From positions 28,360-92,359 of the forward strand of contig JBDRIO010000003.1 in the NCBI GenBank assembly GCA_043815815.1: a DNA stretch of 64,000 nucleotides. The letters run 5' to 3'. A program made the translations under genes and the position numbers. This DNA is from Candidatus Eiseniibacteriota bacterium. Lineage in GTDB: Bacteria; Joyebacterota; Joyebacteria; Joyebacterales; Joyebacteraceae. Positions 8,025-17,865 of this stretch are shown here, in pieces; within the stretch, counting starts at the first letter, position 1; every line of letters starts with the position of its first letter. The notes under the pieces are model-generated. The model worked only from the letters and a program-made list of their open reading frames with translations, made no database searches and was not told where the DNA came from.

Positions 8025-9056
8025 ATGACTGATGATGGCACGAAAGGTCCGCGACGATCCGTGAGGGGTATCCTGGTGATCGCCCTGGCCGCCGGCGCGG
8101 TGATCGTCACCGCTCTCCTCTTCACGCTCACGGACCTGTCACCGATGCGGAAGGGCGGCCTCGGCGAGCGTCGGGTCGGCGTGCTCTCGGAGCACGCGCC
8201 CGCGTCCTTCGAGACTCACTTCTCGGGACTCGCAGCCGCGCTCGACGACAGATACGCGCTCGAAGAGGTCAACCTGGGAACTCCGGACGCGCTCGACGGC
8301 CTTGACGTCCTCATCGTCCTCGGCCCCGGCCACATCCCCGACGCGCAGCTCTTCGAGATCGACCAGTTCATCATGCGCGGCGGCCGCGCAGCCTTCCTTC
8401 TGGACGGCGCGAGTGTGAGCGCGGACCGGATGGCCGCGACCGTCGTCCGCGGCAACCTCTTCGCCTACGCCGAGGCCTACGGCGCGACCGTCAACCCCGA
8501 TCTCGTCGTCGACCCTCTGAACGGAAGCGCATCGTATCCCGACGCGGCGGGGAGACCGTACGCGTTCTGGCCGGCCGGCACCGCGCAGCCGGGCTCGCGC
8601 GACGGCGTCCGCCTGCCGGACGCCGGGGACGTCGTCTTCGCCTGGACGTCGTCGGTCTCACTGTCGGACCGGCTCCCGAAGACCGCGGCTGCGTCGGTCG
8701 TGGCCAGGTCGACGGGTGACGCCTGGACCACGATCGCGTTCGCCGACCTGGACCCGACGGTGACCCCCAAGCGCACGCCCGACGGTCCCTTCGACGAGGT
8801 CGAGACGACGGACGGTCTTGGGCTCGCGGTCGCGATCGAGGGCACGCTCGTGAGCGCGTTCGACGGAATGCCCGTCATCGTCGAGAGGGAAGGCGGCTCC
8901 GTGGAATTCACGGACCCGCCCGGGAGACTGGCGCGCAGCGAACCGACGCGCGTGTTCGTCGCAGGTAGCTCGAGGATGTTCGACGACTTCGTGCTCGGGA
9001 GCGCCCCAGCGAATCTCGAGTTCCTCTTGAGCGCAGTTGAGTGGCTCGCCCGCTAG
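8025..9056 (+). CDS. GldG-like ABC-transporter auxiliary component (membrane-anchored, periplasmic)
   Basis: Start trimmed to ATG 8025, because the promoter lies inside the longer ORF. It has an N-terminal TM segment (ILVIALAAGAVIVTALLF). The LDVLIVLGPGHIPDAQLFEIDQFIMRGGRAAFLLDG block is typical of GldG/ABC_transp_aux proteins. Confidence 0.6.
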   Translation: MTDDGTKGPRRSVRGILVIALAAGAVIVTALLFTLTDLSPMRKGGLGERRVGVLSEHAPASFETHFSGLAAALDDRYALEEVNLGTPDALDGLDVLIVLGPGHIPDAQLFEIDQFIMRGGRAAFLLDGASVSADRMAATVVRGNLFAYAEAYGATVNPDLVVDPLNGSASYPDAAGRPYAFWPAGTAQPGSRDGVRLPDAGDVVFAWTSSVSLSDRLPKTAAASVVARSTGDAWTTIAFADLDPTVTPKRTPDGPFDEVETTDGLGLAVAIEGTLVSAFDGMPVIVEREGGSVEFTDPPGRLARSEPTRVFVAGSSRMFDDFVLGSAPANLEFLLSAVEWLAR

Positions 9057-10810
9057 CCCGTCGGCTCGTCCGTCGCCGCGACGCGGTCGCCGTCCGCACC
9101 GGCGCGGCGCGACCCACGGAGCACTGACCGCCCGAACGCCGCGTAGGCGCCCGAGAGCAGCAGGCAGAGCGCCGCGAAGTAGTAGACCCACCTGGGCAGC
9201 CCCAGCAGGAGCGCCGGGCGCGCGTCGAAGCCCCACCAGTCGACCGACAGCAGGAAGAACGCGACGAAGACGGCCGACCACCCCAGCGCCCCCCGTCGCG
9301 TGAGGCAGAGCCTCGTCTCGCGTCGCCACCACTCGGGAAGCTCCGTCGCTCCCCCCGGCAACCACCCGCCCACCAGGATCACGCCGCACGCGACGGCGAC
9401 CGCGGGAATCGCCGGCAGGAGACCCGCGTCCGGCAGCAGCCCGAAGTGGTAGAGGACGACGACGGTCTCCCCCGCCACGATGGACAGGATCGACCAGACG
9501 GCGCTCGCCCTCCGCCAGTAGATGGCGGCGAGCACGGACGGGAACAGAACGGCCAGACCCGCGAACGTCTCGGTGGCGATCGCGAGGATGGTGGCCGGGG
9601 GCCTCAGGGCCAGAAGGTACCCCACGCCCGCCAGAACGGCCACGGTCGCCCTGGCGGGCAGACCAACCCGCCAGTCCGGGGCCGTCCGCGCCCCCTCGTC
9701 CCGGGAGACGGCGTCGTGCCCCGGGTCGCCGTCCGGCGGCCGGCGGTCCCATCGACCTCTGACCCCCAGAAGGTCCCTCTCCACGATCGAGCCCAGCGTC
9801 AGGAGCTGCGAGTCCATGGTGGACATGATGGCACCCAGGAGGCCCGCCACCGCGAGCGCGGAGAGCCAGTCGCCGCCAAGGCGGTCCATGAGGAGCGGCA
9901 GCACCTGGTCTGTCCCCCTGCCCGCGAGTTCCGGAAGATGCAGACGCCCGAGCACGCCTATGGCCACCGGGAAGAAGAACAGGACGCACGTCACGATCGG
10001 ATAGAACACCATCGTGGAGACGATCGCGCGCTCTCCCCGCGCGGCGTAGAAACGCTGGAAGAGCTGAGGGAACATGGGGTCGGCGAAGAACCACAGAAGC
10101 ATGTAGCTGGCCCAGACCCCGAGGACGAGGCCCCCTCCCGCTCCGGGTCGCGCGAAGTGCGCGGGCGAGTCCGAGGCGACGCGCGTGAGTCCCGCCGCGA
10201 ATCCGCCGGACGCTCTGGCGACGACGAACAGCCCGGCCGCGAGCAGAGCGGTCATCGCCACGCCCTGCAGAACGTCGGTCCTCGCCACGGCGCGCATCCC
10301 TCCCAGCAGCACGTAGAGGAGAACGAGGGCAGTAACGATGGCCGCCCCGACCTCGTACGGAAGGCCCAGGATACCCTCGAGCGCGTATCCGGCGGCCATC
10401 GGCTGGATGGCGAGGTACGGCAACGTGAAGACCGCCATGGCGGTGCCGAACGTGACCGACAGGGGCCTGCTCCCGTGGCGCGCAGCGAGAAGCTCCGGCG
10501 GTGTGATGAGACCGAGCTTCCGGCCGAGTCGCCAGACGGGGACGCCCACGATGACGAAGGAGATCGCCATCAGGGCGGTGCCGTATGCCATGACCGGGTA
10601 GAACGCGAAGCCCATGCGGTAGCCGGCGCCCGAGAAGCCGAGCACGGTGAAGCCGCTGAAATTCGTGGCCGCCATCGTCGCCAGCAGCACGAACGGACCC
10701 AGCGTCCGCCCGGCGAGGAAGAACGCCTCGTCTCCCCTGCTCCTGCGGCGCGCGAGCGCTCCAACGAGCAGAATGGCCACGAGATACCCGAGCACGATCG
10801 CCGTTCTCAC
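9053..10810 (-). CDS. Sodium:solute symporter (SSS) family transporter with an extra C-terminal membrane extension
   Basis: Polytopic membrane protein with FLAGRTLGPFVLLATMAATNFSGFTVLGFSGAGYRMGF near the N-terminus. Start set to GTG 10810 (GGAGG 8 nt upstream). Confidence 0.75.
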   Translation of the reverse strand: MRTAIVLGYLVAILLVGALARRRSRGDEAFFLAGRTLGPFVLLATMAATNFSGFTVLGFSGAGYRMGFAFYPVMAYGTALMAISFVIVGVPVWRLGRKLGLITPPELLAARHGSRPLSVTFGTAMAVFTLPYLAIQPMAAGYALEGILGLPYEVGAAIVTALVLLYVLLGGMRAVARTDVLQGVAMTALLAAGLFVVARASGGFAAGLTRVASDSPAHFARPGAGGGLVLGVWASYMLLWFFADPMFPQLFQRFYAARGERAIVSTMVFYPIVTCVLFFFPVAIGVLGRLHLPELAGRGTDQVLPLLMDRLGGDWLSALAVAGLLGAIMSTMDSQLLTLGSIVERDLLGVRGRWDRRPPDGDPGHDAVSRDEGARTAPDWRVGLPARATVAVLAGVGYLLALRPPATILAIATETFAGLAVLFPSVLAAIYWRRASAVWSILSIVAGETVVVLYHFGLLPDAGLLPAIPAVAVACGVILVGGWLPGGATELPEWWRRETRLCLTRRGALGWSAVFVAFFLLSVDWWGFDARPALLLGLPRWVYYFAALCLLLSGAYAAFGRSVLRGSRRAGADGDRVAATDEPTG

Positions 10811-11143
10811 GCGTTTCACCTCCGGTCCGGAGGGCCGCCCCGGTCGTCCGGCATCCCCCCTGGAGCCCACCGATCCCGGAGCCGGCAGAGCTGACCTGCT
10901 CGGCCCCCGGGGCAAGAAAAGCGGCCACCCCGAGTCTGGGTGGCCGGAAGCCTGACATGACTCGCGGGGAGTCTAGTATCGCACGAGTCCGGGGTCAACC
11001 GAGAACGATACACACGAGAGGACCCACTTCTAGGGAGCTTCTGACGAGTCAGGCAGGCACGCTCCTTGCATATCTTGACTGCCGGAATGTTCATGCTCGG
11101 CGCAAGGGTGCGTCGGCAGGTTGCTCCCCGGGGGAGGAAGGGA

Positions 11144-11839
11144 ATGTCGGTCCCCAAGCACGTTCTCGTCGCAGAGAGCGACGAGCAGACGCGGGTACAT
11201 CTTGCGGGCGCCTTCAGGGCGTCCGGCTACGCGACCACTGAGTCTGCGACGGGACGTGATGCGCTCCGGTCGATTCAGATCGAGCGGCCGGACGTCGTCA
11301 TCGTCGGGGTGACGCTGCCCGACATCGGCGGCAGAGACCTCGCCCGCATCCTCGCGTCGAACGGCGACCACGAACCGATATGCACGATCGTCGCCGCGGA
11401 GTCAGGTGCGCCTGAAGAGGACGTCTCGCTTCCGGGGGCGCCCGAGATCGAGGTCGCCCACTGGAGCCACGTGGACGAGCTCGTGACGCTCGTGAACGAG
11501 ATGTTCGACGTGTCGGAGGGTCAGGACCCGGAGAGGTTCCGCTCCGCCATCACGTGCGGCGACGTCAAGATAGACCCGAACACCTGGTCGGTGGAGGTCA
11601 ACGGCGTTCCGGTCGACCTGACGAGGAAGGAGTTCCACTTCCTCCACGTTCTCGCAGTCAACAAGGAACGCACGTGCACCCGCGAGGAACTCAGAAGGCT
11701 CGTTTGGGGCGGAAGCACCGACGTGATCGGACGCACGGTCGACGTGCTCGTGAGCAGGCTGCGCTCCAAGTTGACGGCCGCGACGGGCAGAGAGGTGGTC
11801 TCGACCGTCCGCGGTATAGGATACAGATTCATGGGCTAG
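11144..11839 (+). CDS. OmpR/PhoB-type winged-helix response regulator with a degenerate receiver domain
   Basis: ATG 11144 follows GGGGGAGGAAGGGA. The C-terminal trans_reg_C signature is LTRKEFHFLHVLA...VDVLVSRLRSKL...VRGIGYRF. In the receiver domain, the aligned phospho-acceptor position reads DVVIVGVTLPD, with Gly where Asp is expected. Confidence 0.8.
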   Translation: MSVPKHVLVAESDEQTRVHLAGAFRASGYATTESATGRDALRSIQIERPDVVIVGVTLPDIGGRDLARILASNGDHEPICTIVAAESGAPEEDVSLPGAPEIEVAHWSHVDELVTLVNEMFDVSEGQDPERFRSAITCGDVKIDPNTWSVEVNGVPVDLTRKEFHFLHVLAVNKERTCTREELRRLVWGGSTDVIGRTVDVLVSRLRSKLTAATGREVVSTVRGIGYRFMG

Positions 11840-11875
11840 CCGCACGCGAGGGGAAGCGCGTCGAGGAACTGCGAA

Positions 11876-11919
11876 GACCGGGGCTGCGCCGTTGCGGCGT
11901 GGCCCCGGTCTCTCGTTGT
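11876..11919. terminator. Long GC hairpin between convergent genes (possible bidirectional terminator)
   Basis: GACCGGGGCTGCGCCG-TTG-CGGCGTGGCCCCGGTC followed by TCTCGTTGT. The U-tract is weak. Confidence 0.4.
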
Positions 11920-11959
11920 CCCGTGCTCCCGGTCCTTCGTTCCGCCGTCGGCGTGCCGG

Positions 11960-13537
11960 CTACATCACGTCTGCGTAGGTGCTCCTGAGTTCCTCGATGA
12001 AGTAGCTCGAGTCGAGTCCGTCGTATCCGAGGATGCGCGCGATCTCATCCGGGCACAGCTCGGCTCCGTACGACCACAGCTCCTTCAGAAGCTCGCCCGC
12101 CTCGACCGAGTTCCACCACGTCTCCCCGAACCTCTCCACCAGCGCGGCCCTGACCTGGGCGGCCAGGAACCAGGCCTCGAGGTAGTTGACGCCGTAGAAC
12201 TCCTCGTCGCTCGAGAGGTATCCGAACTCGGGACGCTCGAGCGGAACGAGCCTCGACTCCTCCATGAACTCTCCGTAGGCGTCCACGAGTTCCGCGTCCG
12301 TGAGTTCTCCGCGGTGGAGCAACCTCTCGTACCGGAAGAGGCCCGCGTAGTAGCGGGCGCTGCCGAGGTCGCCCAGAAGCTGCTTGCGGCGGAAGAGCTT
12401 CCTCGCGGCGGGATCGGGCAGGAGCCCGTTCTCCTCGAGGAACGCGGGATTCGAGAGCAGGCTCTCAGGCACGTACGCGTGCGTCTCGGTCGTCCCGTAG
12501 TCGCCCAGACGCCTGAACTCGTACTCGTCGACCTCCACGAACGCGTCGTGGAGCGCGTGGCCGATCTCGTGGAAGAGGCTCTGATAGTCGCCCACTCCAC
12601 CGGCGGGCTTCAGCAGTATCCGGACATCCCGGCCCGGGACGATTCCGTAGCTCGCCGGCCGGGGCTCCTTCTCGGGGCGGTCCTCCGAGTCGATGTGGAT
12701 CATCGGCAGCTCGTCGAGGTCGATCCCCATCCCCAGAAGTGTCTTCTCAAGGAGAGGGAGCGCGCCGTCCGCGGGGAAGTGCTCGTCGAATTCGGCTCCT
12801 CGGAATATCCGGCCCCTGTCGTAGTCCTTGACCTCAGTCACGGGAACGCCGAACACGTCGAGCGAGGCATCGTTCGTCAGAGTCCAGTAGATGTCACGGG
12901 TCTCCTCGAGGAAGGACACGACGCTGTCCTCCAGGTCGTCGTGGTCGATGCACCTCCGTTGCGACTCGAACTCGTCCAGGTCGGAGAACCCATAGTCCCT
13001 CAGGCGCTCCCGCGTTCGCTCGACGCGCTCCATCCTGAGAGGATTGGTGTTGCGCGCGTCGAACTCCCCCATCGCCAGGTAGAGGCTCTCTCGAAGCTCG
13101 CTGTCTGTCTCGTTGTACAGCCGGATCCCGGCGTCCCTGTAGGGGATCTCCTCCCCCGCCACGGTGACCGAGCCGCCGGACTCGACGTCGAGGATCTCGT
13201 CCTCGATCGCCGCCAGCTCCTTCCACACCATGGTTCCCACGACGTCGTAGTACAGGTAGCTGAGCTGCTTGCGCGAGCGAGGGTCGCGCGCCTCATCCCG
13301 CCTCTCCGCCACGTAGCGGGCCAGTTCCGGATCGGCCAGGTCGTCGTAGTCCGCCGTGATCTCGGCCATCATCGACTCCTCGCCGTATGCGTCGGAGTCG
13401 TAGTAGGCCGTCAGGATCCGAGTCGACATCTCGTCGGCGCGGGCCCTGACCGACTCGAGATCGTACGGCTCGCCGCATCCCGCCGCGAGGACGCACGCGG
13501 CAACGATGAGGACGAGAGCGGGAACGCCCCTCTTCAT
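11960..13537 (-). CDS. M3-family (oligoendopeptidase F-like) zinc metallopeptidase, lipoprotein
   Basis: 525 aa with a lipobox (LAAGC). The HEIGHALHD zinc site has a downstream Glu (TTETHAY). Confidence 0.75.
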   Translation of the reverse strand: MKRGVPALVLIVAACVLAAGCGEPYDLESVRARADEMSTRILTAYYDSDAYGEESMMAEITADYDDLADPELARYVAERRDEARDPRSRKQLSYLYYDVVGTMVWKELAAIEDEILDVESGGSVTVAGEEIPYRDAGIRLYNETDSELRESLYLAMGEFDARNTNPLRMERVERTRERLRDYGFSDLDEFESQRRCIDHDDLEDSVVSFLEETRDIYWTLTNDASLDVFGVPVTEVKDYDRGRIFRGAEFDEHFPADGALPLLEKTLLGMGIDLDELPMIHIDSEDRPEKEPRPASYGIVPGRDVRILLKPAGGVGDYQSLFHEIGHALHDAFVEVDEYEFRRLGDYGTTETHAYVPESLLSNPAFLEENGLLPDPAARKLFRRKQLLGDLGSARYYAGLFRYERLLHRGELTDAELVDAYGEFMEESRLVPLERPEFGYLSSDEEFYGVNYLEAWFLAAQVRAALVERFGETWWNSVEAGELLKELWSYGAELCPDEIARILGYDGLDSSYFIEELRSTYADVM

Positions 13538-13552
13538 GTGCTGACACTCCTT

Positions 13553-14029
13553 CTAGCGGTATTGCGACTTGATCCTGCCCCAGGATGTCTCTCTGGGGTC
13601 GTCTACGGACGCGGGAGCGCAGGGCAGATACGTCGCAATGAGCACGGGGTCGCTCGTGCCCTCCACGGTCACGGTCCACGGCCCGAGGACAACGCTCTCG
13701 CCGCCCTCGAGGCGTTTCGTGATGGAGACCGAGTACTCGCCGGGGTCCAACCCGCCTATGACGACCGACACGTCGAAACAGCAATCGCAGTCGCACCCGC
13801 CCGACGGACCCAGGTGCTCCCACTCCACGATCTCGATCGAGGTTCCCTCCTGATATGCCTCGAACCCTATCCAGGCGCAGCAGTTGTAGGGCGCCTGATC
13901 GTGGATCACCTCGATCGCCCCCTCCGTGACCTCGAAGAGAACGACCTCCTCGCAAACATCCGCACTGAGCGTCGCCGCGAACAAGAGAACAAGAACAGCC
14001 ACGCCGACAGACGTCTTCATCGCGCGCAC
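13553..14029 (-). CDS. Small secreted Cys-rich protein with the C-terminal WGxIK tag (paralogue 1)
   Basis: 158 aa with a signal peptide (MKTSVGVAVLVLLFAATLSA). Motifs are YNCCAW and GGCDCDCCFD. The tail is ...PRETSWGRIKSQYR*. Confidence 0.8.
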   Translation of the reverse strand: MRAMKTSVGVAVLVLLFAATLSADVCEEVVLFEVTEGAIEVIHDQAPYNCCAWIGFEAYQEGTSIEIVEWEHLGPSGGCDCDCCFDVSVVIGGLDPGEYSVSITKRLEGGESVVLGPWTVTVEGTSDPVLIATYLPCAPASVDDPRETSWGRIKSQYR

Positions 14030-14045
14030 CTCCCTCCGGCGTGTG

Positions 14046-14525
14046 TCAGTGATAGAGCGCCTTCAGAACGCCCCACGTCATCTCAGTACCGCCGTCGTTC
14101 ACGTCCGATTCCACGCAGGCTTCGAACGACGTCGCCAGCGAGGGGTCGGAGTCCCCCTCGACGAGGACGACCTCCTCTGCCGCGAGTTCGAACGTCCAGG
14201 TCCCGTCGAAGTTGTCGAGCGCCTTCCACACCTTCACGGTATACTCCCCAGGCTCCAGGCCGCCCACGAACGCGTCCGCATGGAAGCAGCAGACGCAGTA
14301 GCACGGCCCTTCGTCGAACGTCTCCCACTCCGTGAACTCGATGAGCGACGGAGACTGCTCCACCTCGATCTCGAGCCGGGCGCAGCAGTTGAACATCGCC
14401 TCGTCGTGGATCATCTCGATGGCGCCTGGCGAGGTGGCCAGTGTCACCTCTTCCTCGCAGAGCTGCGCGGAGGAGGGTGAGGATGCAGCGAGGAGGAAGG
14501 CCAAGAGAACGATGGTTCGAGCCAT
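14046..14525 (-). CDS. Small secreted Cys-rich protein with the C-terminal WGxLK tag (paralogue 2)
   Basis: Start trimmed to ATG 14525 (GGGAGGG upstream), giving MARTIVLLAFLLAASSPSSAQ. Motifs are FNCCAR and PCYCVCCFH. The tail is ...GTEMTWGVLKALYH*. Confidence 0.8.
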   Translation of the reverse strand: MARTIVLLAFLLAASSPSSAQLCEEEVTLATSPGAIEMIHDEAMFNCCARLEIEVEQSPSLIEFTEWETFDEGPCYCVCCFHADAFVGGLEPGEYTVKVWKALDNFDGTWTFELAAEEVVLVEGDSDPSLATSFEACVESDVNDGGTEMTWGVLKALYH

Positions 14526-14548
14526 CTGTCCCTCCCGTTCTTTGGCGC

Positions 14549-15280
14549 TCACGCGCCTGCGGCCCCTCCGGACACCTCGGAACCCGCTGCCTCCAGGTCC
14601 TCCGGAGTGCCGACGTCTCTCCAGCCGGCGTCCACCCTGTGCGCGCGCACGACGCGTCCGTCCGCGATCATCATCCTGAACGCGTCCGGAATCTCGTACT
14701 CGCCCCTCTCCGAGCGCTCGAGGTTGGCGGTGTAGTCGAAGAGGACGGGGGTCGATATGAACATCCCCGCGTTGACCCAATTGCTCGGGGCCCGGCCGGC
14801 GGCCGGCTTCTCGACGATCCCCGTGATGCGGTCGCCCTCGGTGCCGACGGCGCCGAACCTGCCCGGGTCGTCCACCTCGCGCACCGCGAGGAGGAGGTCG
14901 GTCGGAACGCTCTCGAAGTCCTGAACCATGGAGGCGTAGACGGAGGGGTCCGTGAGGATGTCGCCGAACGAGAAAAAGAAGGGACCGTCCGAGAGGAATC
15001 GGCTGGCAGGGTCGGCCGCCTTGCCGGTGCCGTCCTGAACCTCCTGGACGAAGTACGAGAGAGAGAGTCCCACCTCCTCACCGCCCCCGAAGTACGAGCG
15101 GATGCTCTCGGCCTTGTACCCCACGATGACGGCGGCGTCGGTGACGCCGGCCGACCTGAGCGCGCGGAGAACGTGCCACAGAATCGGCCTGCCGCCGACC
15201 TCGACCATGGGCTTGGGGATCGAGTCGGTGATCTCCCGCATCCTCGTGCCCTTGCCCGCAGCAAGTACGACCGCCTTCAA
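14549..15280 (-). CDS. Sugar-phosphate nucleotidyltransferase (NTP_transferase family)
   Basis: TTG start at 15280 (GGAGG 8 nt upstream). The N-terminus is LKAVVLAAGKGTRM, containing the GxGTR motif. Confidence 0.8.
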   Translation of the reverse strand: MKAVVLAAGKGTRMREITDSIPKPMVEVGGRPILWHVLRALRSAGVTDAAVIVGYKAESIRSYFGGGEEVGLSLSYFVQEVQDGTGKAADPASRFLSDGPFFFSFGDILTDPSVYASMVQDFESVPTDLLLAVREVDDPGRFGAVGTEGDRITGIVEKPAAGRAPSNWVNAGMFISTPVLFDYTANLERSERGEYEIPDAFRMMIADGRVVRAHRVDAGWRDVGTPEDLEAAGSEVSGGAAGA

Positions 15281-15323
15281 TCCGGGCACCTCCTTCGTGG
15301 AGCCTACCTGCAGGGTAGCACCA

Positions 15324-16406
15324 TCACGCGCTCCCGGCAATAGAGCCCCGGGCGATCGTGGCCCCGCCAAGCACGGCGTCGCCCCGGTAGAGGACGACCG
15401 ACTGGCCGGGCGCCAGCGCTCGCTGCGGCGCGTCGAACAGCACCGCGACCCTGTCGCCGTCGACCCGGACCGAGCAGGGCGCCGCCGCGGCCGTGGAACG
15501 CACCTTGGCGTCCGCCCGAAACTCGGTTCCTGGCGCCTCTCCCGGGATCCAGTGCGCGTCGTGCGCTTCGAGGCTCTGTGAGAGGAGGTCTTCGTCATCA
15601 CCTACGACGACGGTGTTGGCCTCGGGATTCACGGCGAGGACGTACGCGGGGCGAGGGCGGGAGAGCGCGAGCCCCTTCCGCTGGCCGACCGTGTAGAGCC
15701 CGAATCCGCGGTGTTCGCCGATGACGGTCCCCTCCCTGTCGACGATCGCTCCGGGCCGCACGGCGTGCGGGGCCCGTTCCCTGAGGAACGTCTCGAGGTC
15801 TCCACCCGGAACGAAGCACACGTCCTGGCTCTCCGCCCGGTCCGCCACGGCGAGCCCGGCCTCTCTGGCCCGCGCGCGCACGTCGTCCTTCTGGAGCTCT
15901 CCGACTGGAAAGAGAACGTGGTCGAGCTGCTCCCGCGTCACTCTATAGAGGAAGTAGGTCTGGTCCTTGTCGGCGTCGAGCGCCCGCCAGAGCTCCGGCG
16001 CGCCCGAGGCTCCGCGCCGGACGCGCGCGTGGTGCCCGGTGGCCAGGGCGTCGGCTCCGAGGCCACGGGCCCGCGCGAGAAGCTCCTCGAACTTCATGAG
16101 CTCGTTGCATCGGACGCAGGGGTTGGGCGTCCGGCCGGCCCCGTACTCCGCTACGAAGTGAGACACGACCGCGTCCTCGAAGGAGCGGTGCATGGAGAGC
16201 GCGTGGTGGGTGATGCCGAGCGTCGACGCGACGCGGGCCGCGGAGCGGACCGACTCAGGACCGCAGCAGACCTTCGGACCCTCTTCGTCGTCCCCGCAGG
16301 ACCACAACCGCATTGTGAGCCCGAACACGTCGTGTCCCTGCTCGAGCAGCATGAGAGCAGCGACGGAGCTGTCGACTCCGCCGCTCATGGCCACAGCGAT
16401 TCGCAT
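15324..16406 (-). CDS. mnmA: tRNA-specific 2-thiouridylase
   Basis: Start trimmed to ATG 16406. It has the MRIAVAMSGGVDSS PP-loop, the TPNPCVRCN motif, and a length of 360 aa. Confidence 0.9.
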   Translation of the reverse strand: MRIAVAMSGGVDSSVAALMLLEQGHDVFGLTMRLWSCGDDEEGPKVCCGPESVRSAARVASTLGITHHALSMHRSFEDAVVSHFVAEYGAGRTPNPCVRCNELMKFEELLARARGLGADALATGHHARVRRGASGAPELWRALDADKDQTYFLYRVTREQLDHVLFPVGELQKDDVRARAREAGLAVADRAESQDVCFVPGGDLETFLRERAPHAVRPGAIVDREGTVIGEHRGFGLYTVGQRKGLALSRPRPAYVLAVNPEANTVVVGDDEDLLSQSLEAHDAHWIPGEAPGTEFRADAKVRSTAAAAPCSVRVDGDRVAVLFDAPQRALAPGQSVVLYRGDAVLGGATIARGSIAGSA

Positions 16407-16450
16407 GATCTCGATCCGAGGGGTCGTCAGGCCTCTCCCGACACGGCGGC

Positions 16451-17602
16451 CTAGAACTCGTAGCCGACGGTGGCGTAGAGACCGTAGTTGGTGACCTGGC
16501 CGCTCTCGCCGCCCTCCAGGAACGTCTCGCGCACGACCGCCAGCTCGGCCACGTACTGGTCGAACAGGAAGCTGCCGCCCAGTCCCATCGAGTTCTCGGG
16601 CACGATGGCGTTGTCTATGTCTGCGCCGAGCTCGCGGGAGTAGCCGGCGCGGACCAGCGCCTTGCCGTCCGCCAGCGCGACCTCGACCCCCACGGCGACC
16701 GTCCTCAAGGTCTCGCTGAAGGGCTTCCACGCGTCGTCACCGTAGGCAGTTTCGTAGGCCGCGAGCGAGGACTTCGCCTGGTCCCATCCGTCCTGGACGT
16801 AGCTCGCGTGAACCGTGATCGCGTCGGTCGGGCGCACCCTCAAGCCTCCGACCGTAGCCGACTGCGTCACCGACTCCCCGCTGCGCGAGGATTTGTAGTG
16901 TTCGCCGTCGACTCCGATGGTGGAGCTCAGGCGGTGACCCAGGCCGACCGTGACCGCTTCGGTCACATCGAAACTGAAGCCCACCGAGTAGCACGCGGCG
17001 ATCCCGTCGATCCGCGCGGTGTTCAACTCCTCGCCCACCACCCGCTCCCTGGCCTCCTCGCTCAGATTCACGATGCCGACGGTCGCGCCGAGTCCGCCCT
17101 GTCCGTGGTCGCCTATCCTGGCGGCCCCGATAAGCTCGAAGTACCGGAGCGCTCCCGAGAATGTGCCTTCGTAGCCCTTGAGCTCCTCCTCGTGGTAGCG
17201 CTGACCGGTGATCTCGAGGCTACGGTACGAAGGATTCGAGTACCCGAATCCGATGACCGCGGAGCCCGACCGCTTCACGGCCACGAACTGCGTGAAGAGG
17301 AACCCATCGTCGGACGCGTCCAGGCTCTCCTCTCCGTCGGGCAGGTAGTCTCGGGTCTTCACGTTGTACCGGGCGGTCGCCTGCCCGGCGATGTCGGAGA
17401 TCTCGGTGACCGACGCCGGGTTCAGGAAGTACGAGCCGATCCCTCCCGTGGCCGCGTTGGCGCGACAGAGCGCCGCCTCCTGAGCGTTGAGGTAGTGCGA
17501 GTACGTTCGGGGTATGTCCCCCAGCGTCGTCCTCGATTCGTCCGCCGGAACGGCGGTCACGGCCATCGAGACCGCGAGCAGCGTGAGTATGATCGTGCGC
17601 AT
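16451..17602 (-). CDS. Outer-membrane beta-barrel protein, family unknown
   Basis: Signal peptide MRTIILTLLAVSMAVTAVPA, an alternating beta-strand pattern, and the C-terminal ...YATVGYEF aromatic terminus. Confidence 0.7.
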   Translation of the reverse strand: MRTIILTLLAVSMAVTAVPADESRTTLGDIPRTYSHYLNAQEAALCRANAATGGIGSYFLNPASVTEISDIAGQATARYNVKTRDYLPDGEESLDASDDGFLFTQFVAVKRSGSAVIGFGYSNPSYRSLEITGQRYHEEELKGYEGTFSGALRYFELIGAARIGDHGQGGLGATVGIVNLSEEARERVVGEELNTARIDGIAACYSVGFSFDVTEAVTVGLGHRLSSTIGVDGEHYKSSRSGESVTQSATVGGLRVRPTDAITVHASYVQDGWDQAKSSLAAYETAYGDDAWKPFSETLRTVAVGVEVALADGKALVRAGYSRELGADIDNAIVPENSMGLGGSFLFDQYVAELAVVRETFLEGGESGQVTNYGLYATVGYEF

Positions 17603-17865
17603 GTCTCTCTCCAGTCCGGGGGGAACCGAGACTCACGGCGGACCGCAGTGCGCGCCCACCGGATAGAGTATTCACGGTCATCATGCAGTAAGGGACTAAG
17701 GGAGTCAACACGCGATGGAGGGGCCTGTGACGCAGATGCGGGTCCCGAGGGACCCGCACGTAATCGTGTTCTCGACTTCCGCCCGAGCCGGCTCGAGGCG
17801 CCTTCGCCCTGCGGAACGGTCGGGCCGCGCCCGCTGGACCACACGGAACGGCCGGGCCGCTCCTG

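Noticed and set aside
8658-10958. A 766-aa minus-strand ORF and a 482-aa plus-strand ORF over the symporter locus
   Set aside because: The 9053..10810 frame gives a coherent polytopic SSS transporter. The other frames are Arg/Gly/Pro-rich noise.
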